From NCBI GenBank assembly GCA_951406725.2, contig CATOCA020000001.1:4836001-4900000 (forward strand): DNA of 64,000 nt, written 5' to 3'. The notes beneath the pieces are model-generated. The model did not search any database. It was not told the origin of the DNA and saw only the letters and a program-made list of their open reading frames with translations. Below are positions 48,850 to 61,477 of this stretch, piece by piece (the first letter of the stretch is position 1; every line of letters starts with the position of its first letter). The stretch is from Octopus vulgaris (taxonomy: Eukaryota). The translations under genes were made by a program, and so were the position numbers.

Positions 48850-49600
48850 TTTTAAAGAAAATTAATTGAAAATTATACTTGAGAAAATATATGGTAAACG
48901 AGGGCAGGAAAACTTTTGTGAAGGCAAAAGTATATCAGAACCTCAAGAATTAACATTGACCTCCAACAGTGAAAGCATATGATCCATCCATTTCCTCTGC
49001 TCAATATTCTTGAAAGGGCTGTGGGGAAAGAGTCCTCAGGCACCTCCTCCATAGGGTCCTGTCAGAAGCATCCATCATTAGACATTCTGCTTGTATTCTA
49101 TGATGTGAAGAACTAAGACTATGGATATCATCCAACCATCTCTTTCTTGGCCTCCCCCTCGGTATCCTGTTCCATTGGTTTGACTTTGAGAACCTGTCCT
49201 GTAATTCATTCCTGCAACACCCTGATCACATGTCCGAGGTACCATAGGTGTGGAGGAGAGTGGTTCAACTTGGAGAGACTCCCAGATCTCTGAACTGTAA
49301 ATCCTATTGAGTAACATTACTCCAAAGACCCTTTAGAAGAATCCCATATATCTGTCTTATTCTGGTAGATTTCAGACCTGGTATTCAAAAGGGTCATGAA
49401 AGTACTGTCCCTCTGTGTCACCTACTGCCTTGCAAAGATCCCAAGAGGACACTGGAAATCGAATGATCAGTGATTGTCCAACAGTCGATAATTCTAAGTC
49501 AAACTCAATCCCATTTCAAACTTCTCCAATGAACTCCAGGTTCGATCAATTCTACAGAGCCTATTCAGTTATTATTATGTCAGTCTCAATGAGAGATGCC
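48850..49600 (-). mobile_element. Possible highly decayed DIRS-like RT/RNase H remnant
   Basis: Only short motifs are readable: LEFIG, LMMDAS, GKW...SLLEV. Confidence 0.3.
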
Positions 49601-50219
49601 CCTGCAGTTCGGCTTGACTTGTGAATGTTCATTTTCTGGTAAATTCCCTTAAAGGAATTCTCTGTTTTCGCCTGAGGAGAATGATAGGATTTCGCTGTGT
49701 CACCTTTATTAAATCTCTTTTTATTGAAGCATTTACAGACATATGTCATGTGGTAAAGTCATTGCAAAATGGCAAAATAAATTGGAATTATCAGCTTCCA
49801 ACACAATAACCCAATAAATAATGGCTGCAAGAAAAACCAAACTCAAAGTCTTCTGTTTGAAGAAAGATGCTTTGTTTTAGATGTGAACTTTGGTACTTGT
49901 CCTTCATTACAATAACCTAACAGTGAACCTAAAGAAAATGTAAAACAAATTCACTCACCTGTTTACCCTTAAACAATATATTTTAGTTCCCTCTTCCAAA
50001 AGATAATATTAAACGCCATTTGTGTTTTCTAGTTTATCCATTATTACCAACCATGCTAACCTCAGTGGATATTTTATGAAATATCAGGAATATCGTAAAT
50101 AAAATTGTCATACAGGTAACCTATCAATTGGAAATGAGGAATGTAACTTGTTCTCATTCATTCTGACAAATAAAATAGATCAGGTGAAAGTAAAATATAT
50201 AGAAATCAAATATACTCAC

Positions 50220-50292
50220 CTATTTGCCACCAATCACGTTCTAAACCTCTTAGCCACTCTCAGAAGATCCCTCTCCTCCAGAACTGGACTCT
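50220..50292 (-). CDS. Exon encoding the start of the death domain (1-nt frameshift as assembled)
   Basis: atttcag acceptor and gtgagt donor, 73 nt. Removing one T of ttt gives SPVLEERDLLRVAKRLERDWWQI, phase 1-1. Confidence 0.7.
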
Positions 50293-50759
50293 CTGAAATA
50301 AATATTTCCAGCTTTTATAATTGATTGTAAAACTTATTTATCTCTATAAATATTCTGTAGTTTATTGTTGTGGGACATTGTTATCATCAGTGGCTGGCTG
50401 GTGACCACTAGGATTTTGCTCAGTATTTTTATACTTTCCATTGTGGGACCATGTAATAGCTCAATATTTAGGCCCGCAACAAAATAGACTAACTTTCCGA
50501 AACCTTGTTTCTCTTTAACAGAGACATCCTACATAATCTAACAATGTTGCAATTATTTCATTCAATTATCATTTCATGAGACTGTTTCTTCTCATAGTTC
50601 TCTCTCTCCTTTCATATATCTCTACCAAATCTATGATATGTGACTGTCCTCTGAACTCTACACTTCACTAACCACCAATCTCCTCATCTTCTGCTAAAGT
50701 CCAATATCATCCAATGTGGTCTCCAAAGATCTCGTCACAAATGCATGACACACCACTTC

Positions 50760-52030
50760 AAGTAAAATAAACTTAATACCTGTTCTCTTTGCTGTTGGAA
50801 ATCTTGAATTTTATCATCCCACATCCCAGTTCACCTGGTCATTATCTGGTGCAGGGAATATTTTAAGACTCCTTAATAAAGGTGAACAATGATCAGTTCT
50901 CCACAGATGAAACAAAAAGTGATATCAGGTGTCCTAAAACACTGTACACTTGCACAAAACCCCATTCACTACATACAACTGGACATCTACACATTATTGC
51001 AGGGAAGACATCTGAAATGCTACTAAAGGACTGATACTCAAAAATATATAAGAAAGACGGGAATACAAAGTGCGAGCTCCAAATCTTTTATTTTCCAGAA
51101 TGTTTGGCATATTTATTTCTTTTAACCCATCTTCGTTCTGTGACTTGATCTCAATGCCTTTACTCTTATTGCAAAATTAGGTAGTGTACCATCGTCGTAA
51201 TAGTTTTTCAAGTTTCCCTTTAAACTTCATCAGGGTTTCTCCTGCTATTTTGACCTTCACTTGTTTCTGCTGACCTTTCACAAATGACGGGCTGCATTAC
51301 CCATTTGCATTGAACCACATTCTTCACCAAGTTCCTCAGTCTACCCAGTTAATCCAGAACTATTTGCATATCCTTTTATTTGTTGTTACTATTGTTATGC
51401 AATCCATTAATGTCTTCTCGAGTGTTTTCCTTTGAGCCATTTCTTATCAATCTGCTGATTTAAGTAACATCTCCATAACAAGCACAAATCAAAATGACTG
51501 ATATTGTAGAAACTACAGCAATTCCCGTTTCAAAATGATACCAGTCTGCCGAGAAAGTTTTCCTCATGAACTGCATATTGAAATTGCTATAGCAGCTCCT
51601 TATCAGATCCTTAATCTTTTCTCATATATAAAACAGGTCCACTGCTTGCTAGAGAACCATAAACCAGATCAAATCACACAACATTCAATCCCTTTTATTC
51701 TTCTTTCCGTCTTGTATCACATCCTAGATTTAAGACACATGTTCCACCCAGCCAGGAATGCCAGAGGATTCCAGTCTTCGAGATACTTTTAGTCCCATAT
51801 TCATTATTCTGTAGATTTACAGTTGATCTCTTTGTGAATACAACCTTATAAATCTTGCCATTTATATTCAAGGTTGAAATTAGTCTGAACTAATCAATCG
51901 GTATTTGATTGCTGGTTTCAATGGACATTTCAAACTGTCTATGAATGGGAATCATTGCTTTTGCTTTCGATATCCTGCATATATCCATCCAGTTCATCTT
52001 TATTGTATTTTAGCTTTCTGTTCTCAGTAT
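50760..52030 (-). mobile_element. Old decayed Hero-like LINE related to 1513-4215
   Basis: FRLISTLNINGKIY...LQNNEY, GIPGWVEH and IQDGKKNKRGLNVV*FDL align to the 1627-2184 ORF. Confidence 0.65.
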
Positions 52031-52777
52031 CTGCAAACAGAATTTCCTTGTAGAAGTTAAAGAGGAGCGTTTAATTTTGTTGACGACATGATCAATTTTC
52101 TAGGGCTTTTGGAGCAAAATTGTGCCCAAGGCCCTTTTTAAAGTGGTTGATGTTAGGAAAGGCACATCACCATAGAAAAGCGGGAATGTGTTCCTCATCC
52201 AATCAAGGCGGACAGTATTTGTTAATAAGAACTGACATGGATAGGAATCATCCATCCAATCGATAGGAGCATAGACATCAGATGATAAATGATGAGGGTC
52301 ATCAGTGTCTATCTTGGAGAGAGAGGGAGAGAGAGAACGGTTGTCTCAACATCAAACCTAATACTTTTACATGGATAAAGACAATGTTTAGGGGATGTAA
52401 TGATAAATTTATTATCAGTGAAAGAAAAAGGCAGGGTGTTCACATACGGAACACATTTCATTGTAAATCTGTCACATTATGAGAGATATTTGCCTAAATA
52501 GCAACAACAGCAATAACCTATCAGTAAACTTAGTAACTACATATTTTAGTCCTCCGTTTCAAAATACAGTATTAATTCTATTGTCTTCTAAATTATCCAT
52601 TTTCCGAACCATGCCAACCCCGTTGGATATTTTGTGAAATTCCATTGATATCAAAATGTCTAATAGAATTATTATACAGCTAATATTTCAGATGTAAATT
52701 AGGAATGGATCTTGTCCTCAGTCATTCTGATAAACTACAAATGCTCAGGTGAAGGTTAAAAATATAGAAATCCATGA

Positions 52778-52850
52778 GGTACTGTTATTTGCTTCTCACA
52801 AACTGGCTGTGATGTTGTCAAGGCATCCTTCGCAGAAATTGGAGTCTTTG
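52778..52850 (-). pseudogene. Degenerate paralogous linker exon
   Basis: Flanks are homologous to exons 50220 and 62306. Acceptor has changed to atttcaa(ag) and the gtgagt donor is lost. Confidence 0.5.
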
Positions 52851-53747
52851 AAATGAATATTTTCAAGTTTTACGTTTTATAGTATAATTTCATTATAGTT
52901 ATTGATAATCAACACTTTATTATTGTGGGAAGGGCATACAGCTGTAAAAACTAGTTCGTAGGGATGTGGTTGTGTACCCATGTAAAAGTTATGTTTACTT
53001 TGAGGGTAATAAGGTGTAAAATATCAGATGAGGGTACAAGATAATGCTATGAAACATTCACAAAGACAAGTTTAAGAGAGTTAATGAATGATAGCTGATT
53101 AATTATCATGTTAATGTGGCGTTTAAACACTAACTATCAATATAGATTGTATAAAATCTGTGTGAAGAACATGTGACATTTGTTACAATGAATATGGTTG
53201 TGTCTCAGCACAGTTGATATTATGGTAGTTCCATGAGAAACCATAGAAAAATGTAACCATTTCCAGTACCGAATACTAATGATGAATTCTTTTCTTGGTC
53301 AAATAACAATGACCAGGTTCCATGATCTAATTTCAACATAACAATCAAGTCGGAAGTAAAACCAAAATGTGTAAGACTGAAAACAGTGATTCTCTTACAA
53401 TTGAAACCATCTCAAAGCCAACAATTGTCAGTATAACGATGTCTATATATGGACAGTAAACGTTATTCAAACATCGTAACAAGCGATAATTATATATATA
53501 TAGTTAGAAAAGAGTTGTGAGTTCAAGTCACACAGGAATCTCTTACGTTCATTCCTTTCCATGTATTGCATATGTTAGCATCAATGTTTTGTTCAAATGT
53601 GAACATATGTTCTCTGTTCCATATGAATGTTATCAAAATCACTGAACCGGTTTCCACAATCGATATTATTATACTGAGCTAATATGTTATACCAGACAGG
53701 AAACTACTGTAACAATCGAAGACAAAGAATTATGATGAGTTACTGGA

Positions 53748-53935
53748 AGACATCATCATCATCATCAACATTCAAAGTTTGTTTTCCATGCTGGAATGGG
53801 TTGGAAATCTTGACAGGATCTGACAAGCCAGACAACTGCACCAGGCCCCAGATGGATTCTTTGGCATGGTTTTCTACGGTAGGATGCTCTTATTGATGCC
53901 AACCACCTCACAGAGTGTACGTGGCCCCTTTGTGT
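53748..53935 (-). mobile_element. Old RTE 3' tail fragment
   Basis: (CAT)n followed by diverged ttccatgc...ggttgg...ctgcaccaggc...ggatgc. Confidence 0.7.
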
Positions 53936-55039
53936 AAAGCACAAGTACTGGCATATTTAGCCAAAAGACATGTAAGACAAAGACCCCACAGCCGGGAGAG
54001 GGGGTATTGCAAATTTCTCTCCCCGCATCCTGATTCTTTGGTCATCACATTCCCTTCTCACCCCTGAAAATGTCATCAGCTTCAGTGAACCAAAACATCA
54101 TAGAGTAGTGAGGACCGTCTAATTATGTAGAATGTAACACAACTTGATTACTACTTGTGCTATAATTAAATGCTCCCAGAACACACCAGGAAGTGGTTGG
54201 TGGAAACTAGGAAAGATGACACCACAAGTTTGAAAAGAAAGTTTGATATTGTTGGGAAATTGATGATCATTTCTAATGCTTGTGCGACAATAAAATATAC
54301 CCAGGACCCTTTATAAAGTGGTTGGGGTTAGAAAGGGTCTACCACCTTAGAAAAGCTGCAATGTTTAAGTGAGATGTTTTCCTCAACAAATGACGGTTGG
54401 CAGTAATTTCAGATACAACTGACTTGGACAGTGATGACCCACCTAGTGTATGGGAGCATGGAGAGCAGATGAGAAAAGATGAAGATGATATCATTTATTG
54501 TATTGAAACTTTTAACCAGCATCTTTCTTGAAAAGACGGAGAGAAAGAGCATGAATGAGAGAGAGAGAGAATGAATGAGTACAATGAGATGACAAACAGG
54601 GCGAATATTCTCCTTAACGGGAGAGAACCGTTTCAGGGTTTATATTTAATTTTTGAATCTTTCTTTCTGCGAGTGAATGAGTAACAGATGTTTGCATAAA
54701 GTACATTTATTGGATATTCGTGTTGTTGTAGAAGAACAGAATTTCTTTATAGCTAAGCATTCAAATGAAATGTAGCAGTGGAACCTATTCTCGGTCATTC
54801 TATTGACCAAAATAGCTCAGTAAAAGCTAAACTTTATAGAAATCAATTTTGTAATGTCATTCTATACTCAGCACGTGGCTCTTCTACTGTCTGGACCTCT
54901 TTGTCTTCAAATATTGGCCTTGCTGAATTAAATATTTCCAAGATTATACTTTATAGTAAAATTTCTTTAATGAACATCGATATTTTATAATTGTGAAATA
55001 TTCCTATAACCAATATTCAAGATTAACCGTCCCAAATCT

Positions 55040-55520
55040 CCCCACTCTGTAGGTAACGAAGGGCTTCTCCCTAAGAGTGGAAAGCAGATTGTATGAGACC
55101 TGTGTACGGACAGATGTACAACACAATAATGAAAGATAGGCTGTGAAGATAGAAGACATGCAAAGGGTTGGAGACAAATGAAGCCAGCATGCCCCACTGG
55201 ATGTACAACATCGGTGTTCAGGTAAGTCACAGTGGAAATGTCTTAAGAGCAAATCTGGGTATAAGAGTCATCCGATGTAGAGTTCAAAAGAGAGATCTTT
55301 CATAGTATGGTTATGTGATGCATATGGATGAGGTGATCAGCATAAAGAGATGCGGATCTCTAAATGTGGAGAGAAGCTGAGGAAGAGGAAGACTGAGGAA
55401 GACATGGGACAAAGTGGTGAGAAATGATGTTCAGATGCTGAGCTTTACACGGGAAGATAACTAAAACGACTGAGACAATCAGCAATTTTCTGTGCTTGAA
55501 AAGACCCAACTGGCTAAGTA
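55040..55520 (+). mobile_element. Decayed RTE ORF C-terminus
   Basis: Diverged copy of LVTKG.SLRV...RNEASM..WM.N...GRGR.RKTW..VV from the intact element. Confidence 0.75.
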
Positions 55521-55539
55521 ACATCGAGGCCATCAAGGC

Positions 55540-56430
55540 ATGTCCTTTAAGTGCATACCTTCCACCCTGAACACAATCTGTCCCCTAAAAACCATCCCCA
55601 ACAACCTTGAAACCATACACTCTTTCCCCAACATGATCCCTAACAAGGTGTAAAATGTTAGGTGAGGGTACACGATGTTCCTATGACAAAATCAGTTTAC
55701 ATTTCATACATACAAATGTAAGAGAGTTAATGAATTATAGCTTATTAATTATTATGATAATTGGGTATATATGTGATACAATGGCACTGTGCTTGACGGT
55801 GCAATACTAGATATCAATATAGATTGTATATAATCTGAGTAAAGAACATATAGCCTTCATTACAATGAATATGATTGTGTCTCAGCACAGCTAATATAAT
55901 GGTAGTTCCATGAGCAAACGAAGAAAGATATAACCAAGTCCACTGCCAAATACTAATGATTAATTCATTTCCTGGTCAAATAACAATGACTATCTTTCAT
56001 TAAATAATTTGAACGCAACAATCAAGACCAAAGGGTGAAACACTCAGAAAACTGTGCCTCTTTTTAGCATTAATATCATCTAAAATCTAACAAGAGTGAG
56101 AAAAAGAATGACTATTTGGATGGTAAATGTTGTTCAAACAATGTAATAAGTGTATATTATATATAGTTGCAAACAAGGATTTGTGAGATCAAGTCACACA
56201 GGGAACTCATATTTAATTCCTATCTTTATAATTTATGTCAACACCAATGTTTTGTTTAAATGCAAACAGATGTTTACCGTTCAATACTAAATTTAATATT
56301 TAATCAACGTTAATGATCATTATACTTATACTCTTAGAGATTTGATTTTTAATTTCTTTAATTTATAACAAAGTTATTCTGACCTGAGACATTCAGGGTA
56401 GGTACCTAAACAACATCATGACAGACATCT
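55540..56430. repeat. Intronic segmental duplication, close copy at 62823-63693 and older copy at 53010-53640
   Basis: Long colinear near-identity, e.g. ggcactgtgcttgacggtgcaatactagatatc in both close copies. Confidence 0.92.
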
Positions 56431-56859
56431 GGCTACATAACAACTACAACAACAATAACCTATCAGAAAACTTAGGAAAGACCTTAGTAGCAAAAGAAAC
56501 AAAAACTTTCTCGTTACCTCACCTGTTTACAAATAAACAACAAAATGTTTTAGTTCTCTGTCCTAAAAGACATCATTAACTTTATTATGTCTTCTTATTT
56601 AACCATTTTACCAACCACGTTAACCTTGATTTTATGAAATTTCAGTGGAATATTTAATAGAATCCTTTTTATAGCTAATGCGGAAACTAGGGATTGACGA
56701 GCGATTATAAGAGTTGAAGAGGCCCTGTAGTAAGGTGAGGATTGGCAATGAGTATAGTGAAGATTTCCGGATAGAAGTAGGAGTTCACTAGGGATCATTA
56801 CTGAACCCCTCGTTTTCATCATAGTCCACCAGGCAATAACAGAAATGAAAAATCAAAAG

Positions 56860-57248
56860 CAATTCAAGATCGAAATCAAAATGGAAATTGTAGTTGTGAC
56901 CGATGCCAGTGCCGCCTGACTGGCACCTGTTCCTGTGTCACGTTATAAGTACCATAGAAGCATAGGTCCTTGTCACTGCCGTTTGACTAGTTCCCTGTGC
57001 CGGTGGCACGTAAAAAGCACCATCCGAACGTGGTCGATGCCAGCCCCCACACCGGCTGGCTCCTGTGTCGGTGGCACGTAAAAGGCACCCACCACACTCT
57101 CGGAGTGGTTGGCGTTAGGAATGGTATACATATGTGGAAACCTTACCAGCTCACATTGGAGCCTGGTGCAGCCTACTGTCTTGCCAGTGAAATCGTCGGA
57201 CCCATGCCACGATAAGAAACGGATGTTAAACGATGATGATGATGATGA
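56860..57248 (+). mobile_element. RTE 3' UTR fragment with (GAT)n tail
   Basis: ggcacgtaaaaagcacc, gagtggttggcgttagga, (gat)n. Confidence 0.85.
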
Positions 57249-57653
57249 GTTCTGTGACCAAATGACAAAATTAACTCTATTGTGTCTTCTAATTTGAACA
57301 TTATTACCAACAGCATTAACCTCAATGGGTTTTTCATAAACTCTCAGTAAATCGATATCATCATCATCATCATCATCGTCGTTTAACGTCCGTTCTCCAT
57401 GCTAGCATGGGTTGGACGGTTCGACCGGGGTTCTGGGAAGCCAGAAGGCTGCACCAGGCTCCAGTCTAATCTGGCAATGTTTCTACAGCTGGATGCCCTT
57501 CCTAACGCCAACCACTCCGTGAGTGTAGTGGGTGCTTTTACGTGCCACCTGCACAGGTGCCAGGCGGGGCTGGCAACGGCCACGGTCAGATTGGTGTATT
57601 TTATGTGCCACCGGCACGGAAGCCAGTCGAGGCGGTGCTGGCATCGGCCACGG

Positions 57654-58100
57654 GTCGGATAGTGCTTTTTACGTACCACCAGACCAGGGATCCTGGCTGG
57701 TTCAATTCGATTTCGATTTCGCTTGCCCCAACATGTCTTCACAAGCAAAGGGGGTTGGCATGGGTGCCTGTCGTACGGTCGCATTGGAGTATTTTACGTG
57801 CCACGGCCACGAGTCGGATAGTGCTTTTTACGTACCACCAGACCAGGGATCCTGGCTGGTTCAATTCGATTTCGATTTCGCTTGCCCCAACATGTCTTCA
57901 CAAGCAAAGGGGGTTGGCATGGGTGCCTGTCGTACGGTCGCATTGGAGTATTTTACGTGCCACGGCCACGAGTCGGATAGTGCTTTTTACGTACCACCAG
58001 GCCAGGGATCCTGGCTGGTTCAATTCGGTTTCGATTTCGATTTCGCTTGCCCCAACATGTCTTCGCAAGCATGGGGGGTTGGCATGGGTGTCTGTCGTCG
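57654..58100. repeat. 159-bp tandem repeat (about 2.8 copies) in the RTE 3' UTR
   Basis: gtcggatagtgc starts at 57654, 57813 and 57972. Confidence 0.95.
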
Positions 58101-58181
58101 GATGAGGTTCTATATCGACTTCGCTTGCCTCAACCGGTCTTTGTGTCCAAGGGAGGAAAGGCATTCATAAGTGGGCTGGGC

Positions 58182-61100
58182 TCACTTGTCCTGCCTGGTC
58201 TTCTCACGTACAGAATATTTCCAAAGGTCTCGGTCTCTGGTCATTTCCTCAGTGAGGCCTAAAGTTCGAAGGTCGTGCTTCACCACCTCGTCCCAGGTTT
58301 TCCTGGGTCTACCTCTTCCACGGGTTCCCTCAACTGCTAGGGATTGGCACTTTCTCACACACCTATCTTCATCCATTCTCGCCACATGACCATACCAGCG
58401 CAATCGTCTCTCTTGCACACCACAACTGATGCTTCTTAGGTACAACATTTCTCTCAAGGTGCTAACGCTCTGTCGAGTATGTACACTGACATTACACATC
58501 CATCGGAGCATACTGGCTTCATTCCTCACGATCTTACGCATGTCCTCAGCAGTCACGGCCCATGTTTCGCTGCCATGTAGCATGGCTGTTCGTACACACG
58601 CATCATACAGTCTGCCTTTTACTCTGAGCGAGAGGCCTTTAGTCACCAGCAGAGGTAAGAGCTCCCTAAACTTTGCCCAGGCTATTCTTATTCTAGCAGT
58701 TACACTTTCAGCGCACCCACCCCCACTACTGACTTGGTCACCTAGATAACGGAAGCTATCAACTACTTCTAGTTTTTCCCCCTGGAAAGTGACGGAAGTT
58801 GTTTTCTGCAGATTTTCGGAGGTTAATGCTCCCGAGCATCTGCCACATACAAAAACTATCTTCCCAGTTAGCCTACCTTTGACATTGCTGCACCTCTTAT
58901 GTGTCCATAGCTTACACTGGGTACATCTTATAGAGTTTCTACCTACACCTTTTCTACAGATCGAGCAGGGCCATCTTCCTGAAGATATTTGTGGGTTGTC
59001 TACCTTTCTACTTATTAGTACTTTGGTTTTAGCTAGGTTGACTCTAAGGCCCCTTGATTCTAAACCCTCCTTCCACACCTGGAACTTCTCCTCCAGTTCT
59101 GATAGTGACTCAGCAATAAGAGCAAGGTCGTCAGCGTAGAGGAGCTCCCAGGGACAGCCTGTCTTGAATTCCTCCGTAATTGCCTGGAGTACTATGATAA
59201 ATAGGAGGGGGCTGAGTACTGAACCCTGGTGGACCCCAACCTCTACTTTGAATTCTTCTGTGTACATGTTGCCAACCCTAACCTTACTTACGGCATCTCT
59301 GTACATGGCTTGCACAGTCCTCACCAGCCATTCATCTATCCCTAGTTTCCTCATTGACCACCAGATAAGGGATAGGGGGACCCTATCAAAAGCTTTCTCC
59401 ATGTCAACGAAAGCCAGGTACAGGGGCTTATCTTTGGCTAGGTATTTCTCCTGCAGCTGCCTTACCAGGAATATAGCATCAGTGGTACTTTTCCCTGGCA
59501 CGAACCCAAACTGCATCTCATCAAAACTAACTCTCTCTCTAATTAGTTGGGCTATGACCCTCTCCGTAACCTTCATTACTTGATCCAACAGCTTGATACC
59601 TCTGTAATTATTTGTATCTAGGGCATCACCTTTACCTTTGTAGCAGTTGACTAGTATGCTGCTGCACCAGTCATTGGGTATGACTCCTTCGTGTATCACC
59701 TGGTTGACTATACGGGTGACTAGGTTATAGCCGACACTGCCAGATATTTTGAGCATCTCTGCAGTAATTCCTGATGGGCCTGGGGCTTTCCCTGTCTTCA
59801 TGCTTCTAATTGCCTTATCTACTAAGGAACTGTTAACTCGGATTGCTGGTCCCTCTGTTGGGTCGACATTCGGCAGACTCTCTTTATCCCATTCATTTTC
59901 CTCATTCAGTAACCTTTCATAGTGGCGTCTCCAAGCTTCTCTCTTTGCATCCTCATTTAGCGCAAGTGAACCATCCTCCATGCGAACACATTTCTCTCCT
60001 ACCACATCACGATTCTCTCTCACACACTGTCTTGCAACACGAAATACCTCAAGTCTTTCATCCTCACGGCGCAGGACATTGGCAAATTTTCTCTTATCTG
60101 CTTCCCCTCTGGCTAGATAGACCTGTCTCCTAGCTTCCCTTCTGGCAGTCTGATACCCTTCCCTGCTACCACCGTTCTTCCAGGCCTTCCAAGCCTGTTT
60201 CTTTTGTCTAATAGCCCTGTCAACAATATTGTTCCACCACCACGTTATTTTGGGTCTTAAGGGGACTTTGCACCAGCCACAGATCTGGTCAGCGGCTTTC
60301 AGCAGGTTGTCCCTCAGAAACGTCCAGTTGTCTTCTACCCCATGTGTAGCTATACCTCCTTCCACTTCGTCAAAGGCTTCAAGTAACATATCTCTAAATC
60401 TCTGTCCATTCGCAGGGGCTTTAAGCTTCCAGACCCTTCTTCTCCATGTTGGTCGTCTTCTAGTCGCCCTCTTAGTCCTGATCCTAAAGTCACTAACTAC
60501 CAGTCTATGTTGTGGGGTGCATTCTTCGCCTGGGAAGGTTTTGGCATTTATAAGCAGCCATCTTTCCCTTTTTCTGGCAAGGATGTAGTCGATTTGGCTA
60601 GTATGCCGGCCCGATCGGTAGGTGACCAGGTGGCTTGTTGGTTTCCTGAAGTTAGTGTTGCAGACCATAAGACTATTCGCATCGCAGAACTCCAGCAGCC
60701 TGGTTCCCTCCTCGTTGCGGGAACCATAACCGTAGCCTCCATGTACGCCATGGAAGCCCCCAGCATGTCGTCCAACATGCCCATTGAAATCACCAGCCAC
60801 AAAGAGAAGGTCCCTGTCGTTCGTCGATGAGGTGGTCTGCAGTAGGGTGTCATAGAAACTGTCTTTCTGTCCATCGGGTAGCCCTGGCTGAGGGGCATAG
60901 GCCGATATAATGGTTGCTAATCTATTATGAAGCACTATTCTAATCTTAAGTATTCTGTCACTTACTCTGATTACCTCAAGTACTCTATCTATCCATTTCT
61001 CAGCGATAAGTATACCCACGCCACCAACCCCGTCAGTGTTCCCTGCCCAGAAAATCTTGTACCTGTGTTTCTTGCCTGTGAGGACCCTAGCAGATCCTCC

Positions 61101-61304
61101 TCTCCACCTTATTTCTTGCATACAACATACATCAACACGTCTCCGTTCAAGCATCTCGACTATCTCGCCAGACCTACCTTTCAATGTGCCAACGTTGAGG
61201 GTGCCCACCCTGAGGGTGTGGGAGGTGTGGGCCTCTGAGACCCTGGGATGAGGGACAGCAGTGTTATGTACCTGAAAAGAAAGCTTGCATTTGCCAGATA
61301 TCAT
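58182..61304 (-). CDS. RTE APE endonuclease-reverse transcriptase, 1040 aa, uninterrupted
   Basis: GTLNV, QE, YAPQ, GDFNGH, QIDYIL, QH. NYRGIKLL, FVDMEKAFD, GVHQGSVLSP, YADD, YLG, GRGRPRKTW. Confidence 0.97.
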   Translation of the reverse strand: MISGKCKLSFQVHNTAVPHPRVSEAHTSHTLRVGTLNVGTLKGRSGEIVEMLERRRVDVCCMQEIRWRGGSARVLTGKKHRYKIFWAGNTDGVGGVGILIAEKWIDRVLEVIRVSDRILKIRIVLHNRLATIISAYAPQPGLPDGQKDSFYDTLLQTTSSTNDRDLLFVAGDFNGHVGRHAGGFHGVHGGYGYGSRNEEGTRLLEFCDANSLMVCNTNFRKPTSHLVTYRSGRHTSQIDYILARKRERWLLINAKTFPGEECTPQHRLVVSDFRIRTKRATRRRPTWRRRVWKLKAPANGQRFRDMLLEAFDEVEGGIATHGVEDNWTFLRDNLLKAADQICGWCKVPLRPKITWWWNNIVDRAIRQKKQAWKAWKNGGSREGYQTARREARRQVYLARGEADKRKFANVLRREDERLEVFRVARQCVRENRDVVGEKCVRMEDGSLALNEDAKREAWRRHYERLLNEENEWDKESLPNVDPTEGPAIRVNSSLVDKAIRSMKTGKAPGPSGITAEMLKISGSVGYNLVTRIVNQVIHEGVIPNDWCSSILVNCYKGKGDALDTNNYRGIKLLDQVMKVTERVIAQLIRERVSFDEMQFGFVPGKSTTDAIFLVRQLQEKYLAKDKPLYLAFVDMEKAFDRVPLSLIWWSMRKLGIDEWLVRTVQAMYRDAVSKVRVGNMYTEEFKVEVGVHQGSVLSPLLFIIVLQAITEEFKTGCPWELLYADDLALIAESLSELEEKFQVWKEGLESRGLRVNLAKTKVLISRKVDNPQISSGRWPCSICRKGVGRNSIRCTQCKLWTHKRCSNVKGRLTGKIVFVCGRCSGALTSENLQKTTSVTFQGEKLEVVDSFRYLGDQVSSGGGCAESVTARIRIAWAKFRELLPLLVTKGLSLRVKGRLYDACVRTAMLHGSETWAVTAEDMRKIVRNEASMLRWMCNVSVHTRQSVSTLREMLYLRSISCGVQERRLRWYGHVARMDEDRCVRKCQSLAVEGTRGRGRPRKTWDEVVKHDLRTLGLTEEMTRDRDLWKYSVREKTRQDK

Positions 61305-61477
61305 ACTGAGACTCTAGACTACAACCTGCATAAATTTCACAGTTTTTGCGCTATATGATCACAATAAACCCTACATAGGGGTGCGGGGGGGGTCAAGAAA
61401 GATAGAAAACAGAAACTTCCGGTTCTGGTGGATGGGTGGGAGGGCGGGGTCACCTCGAAGGGACAACAGGTTTAGGG

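Noticed and set aside
58429-61251. Several + strand ORFs and one alternative-frame ORF over the RTE
   Set aside because: Antisense or frame shadows of the LINE ORF.
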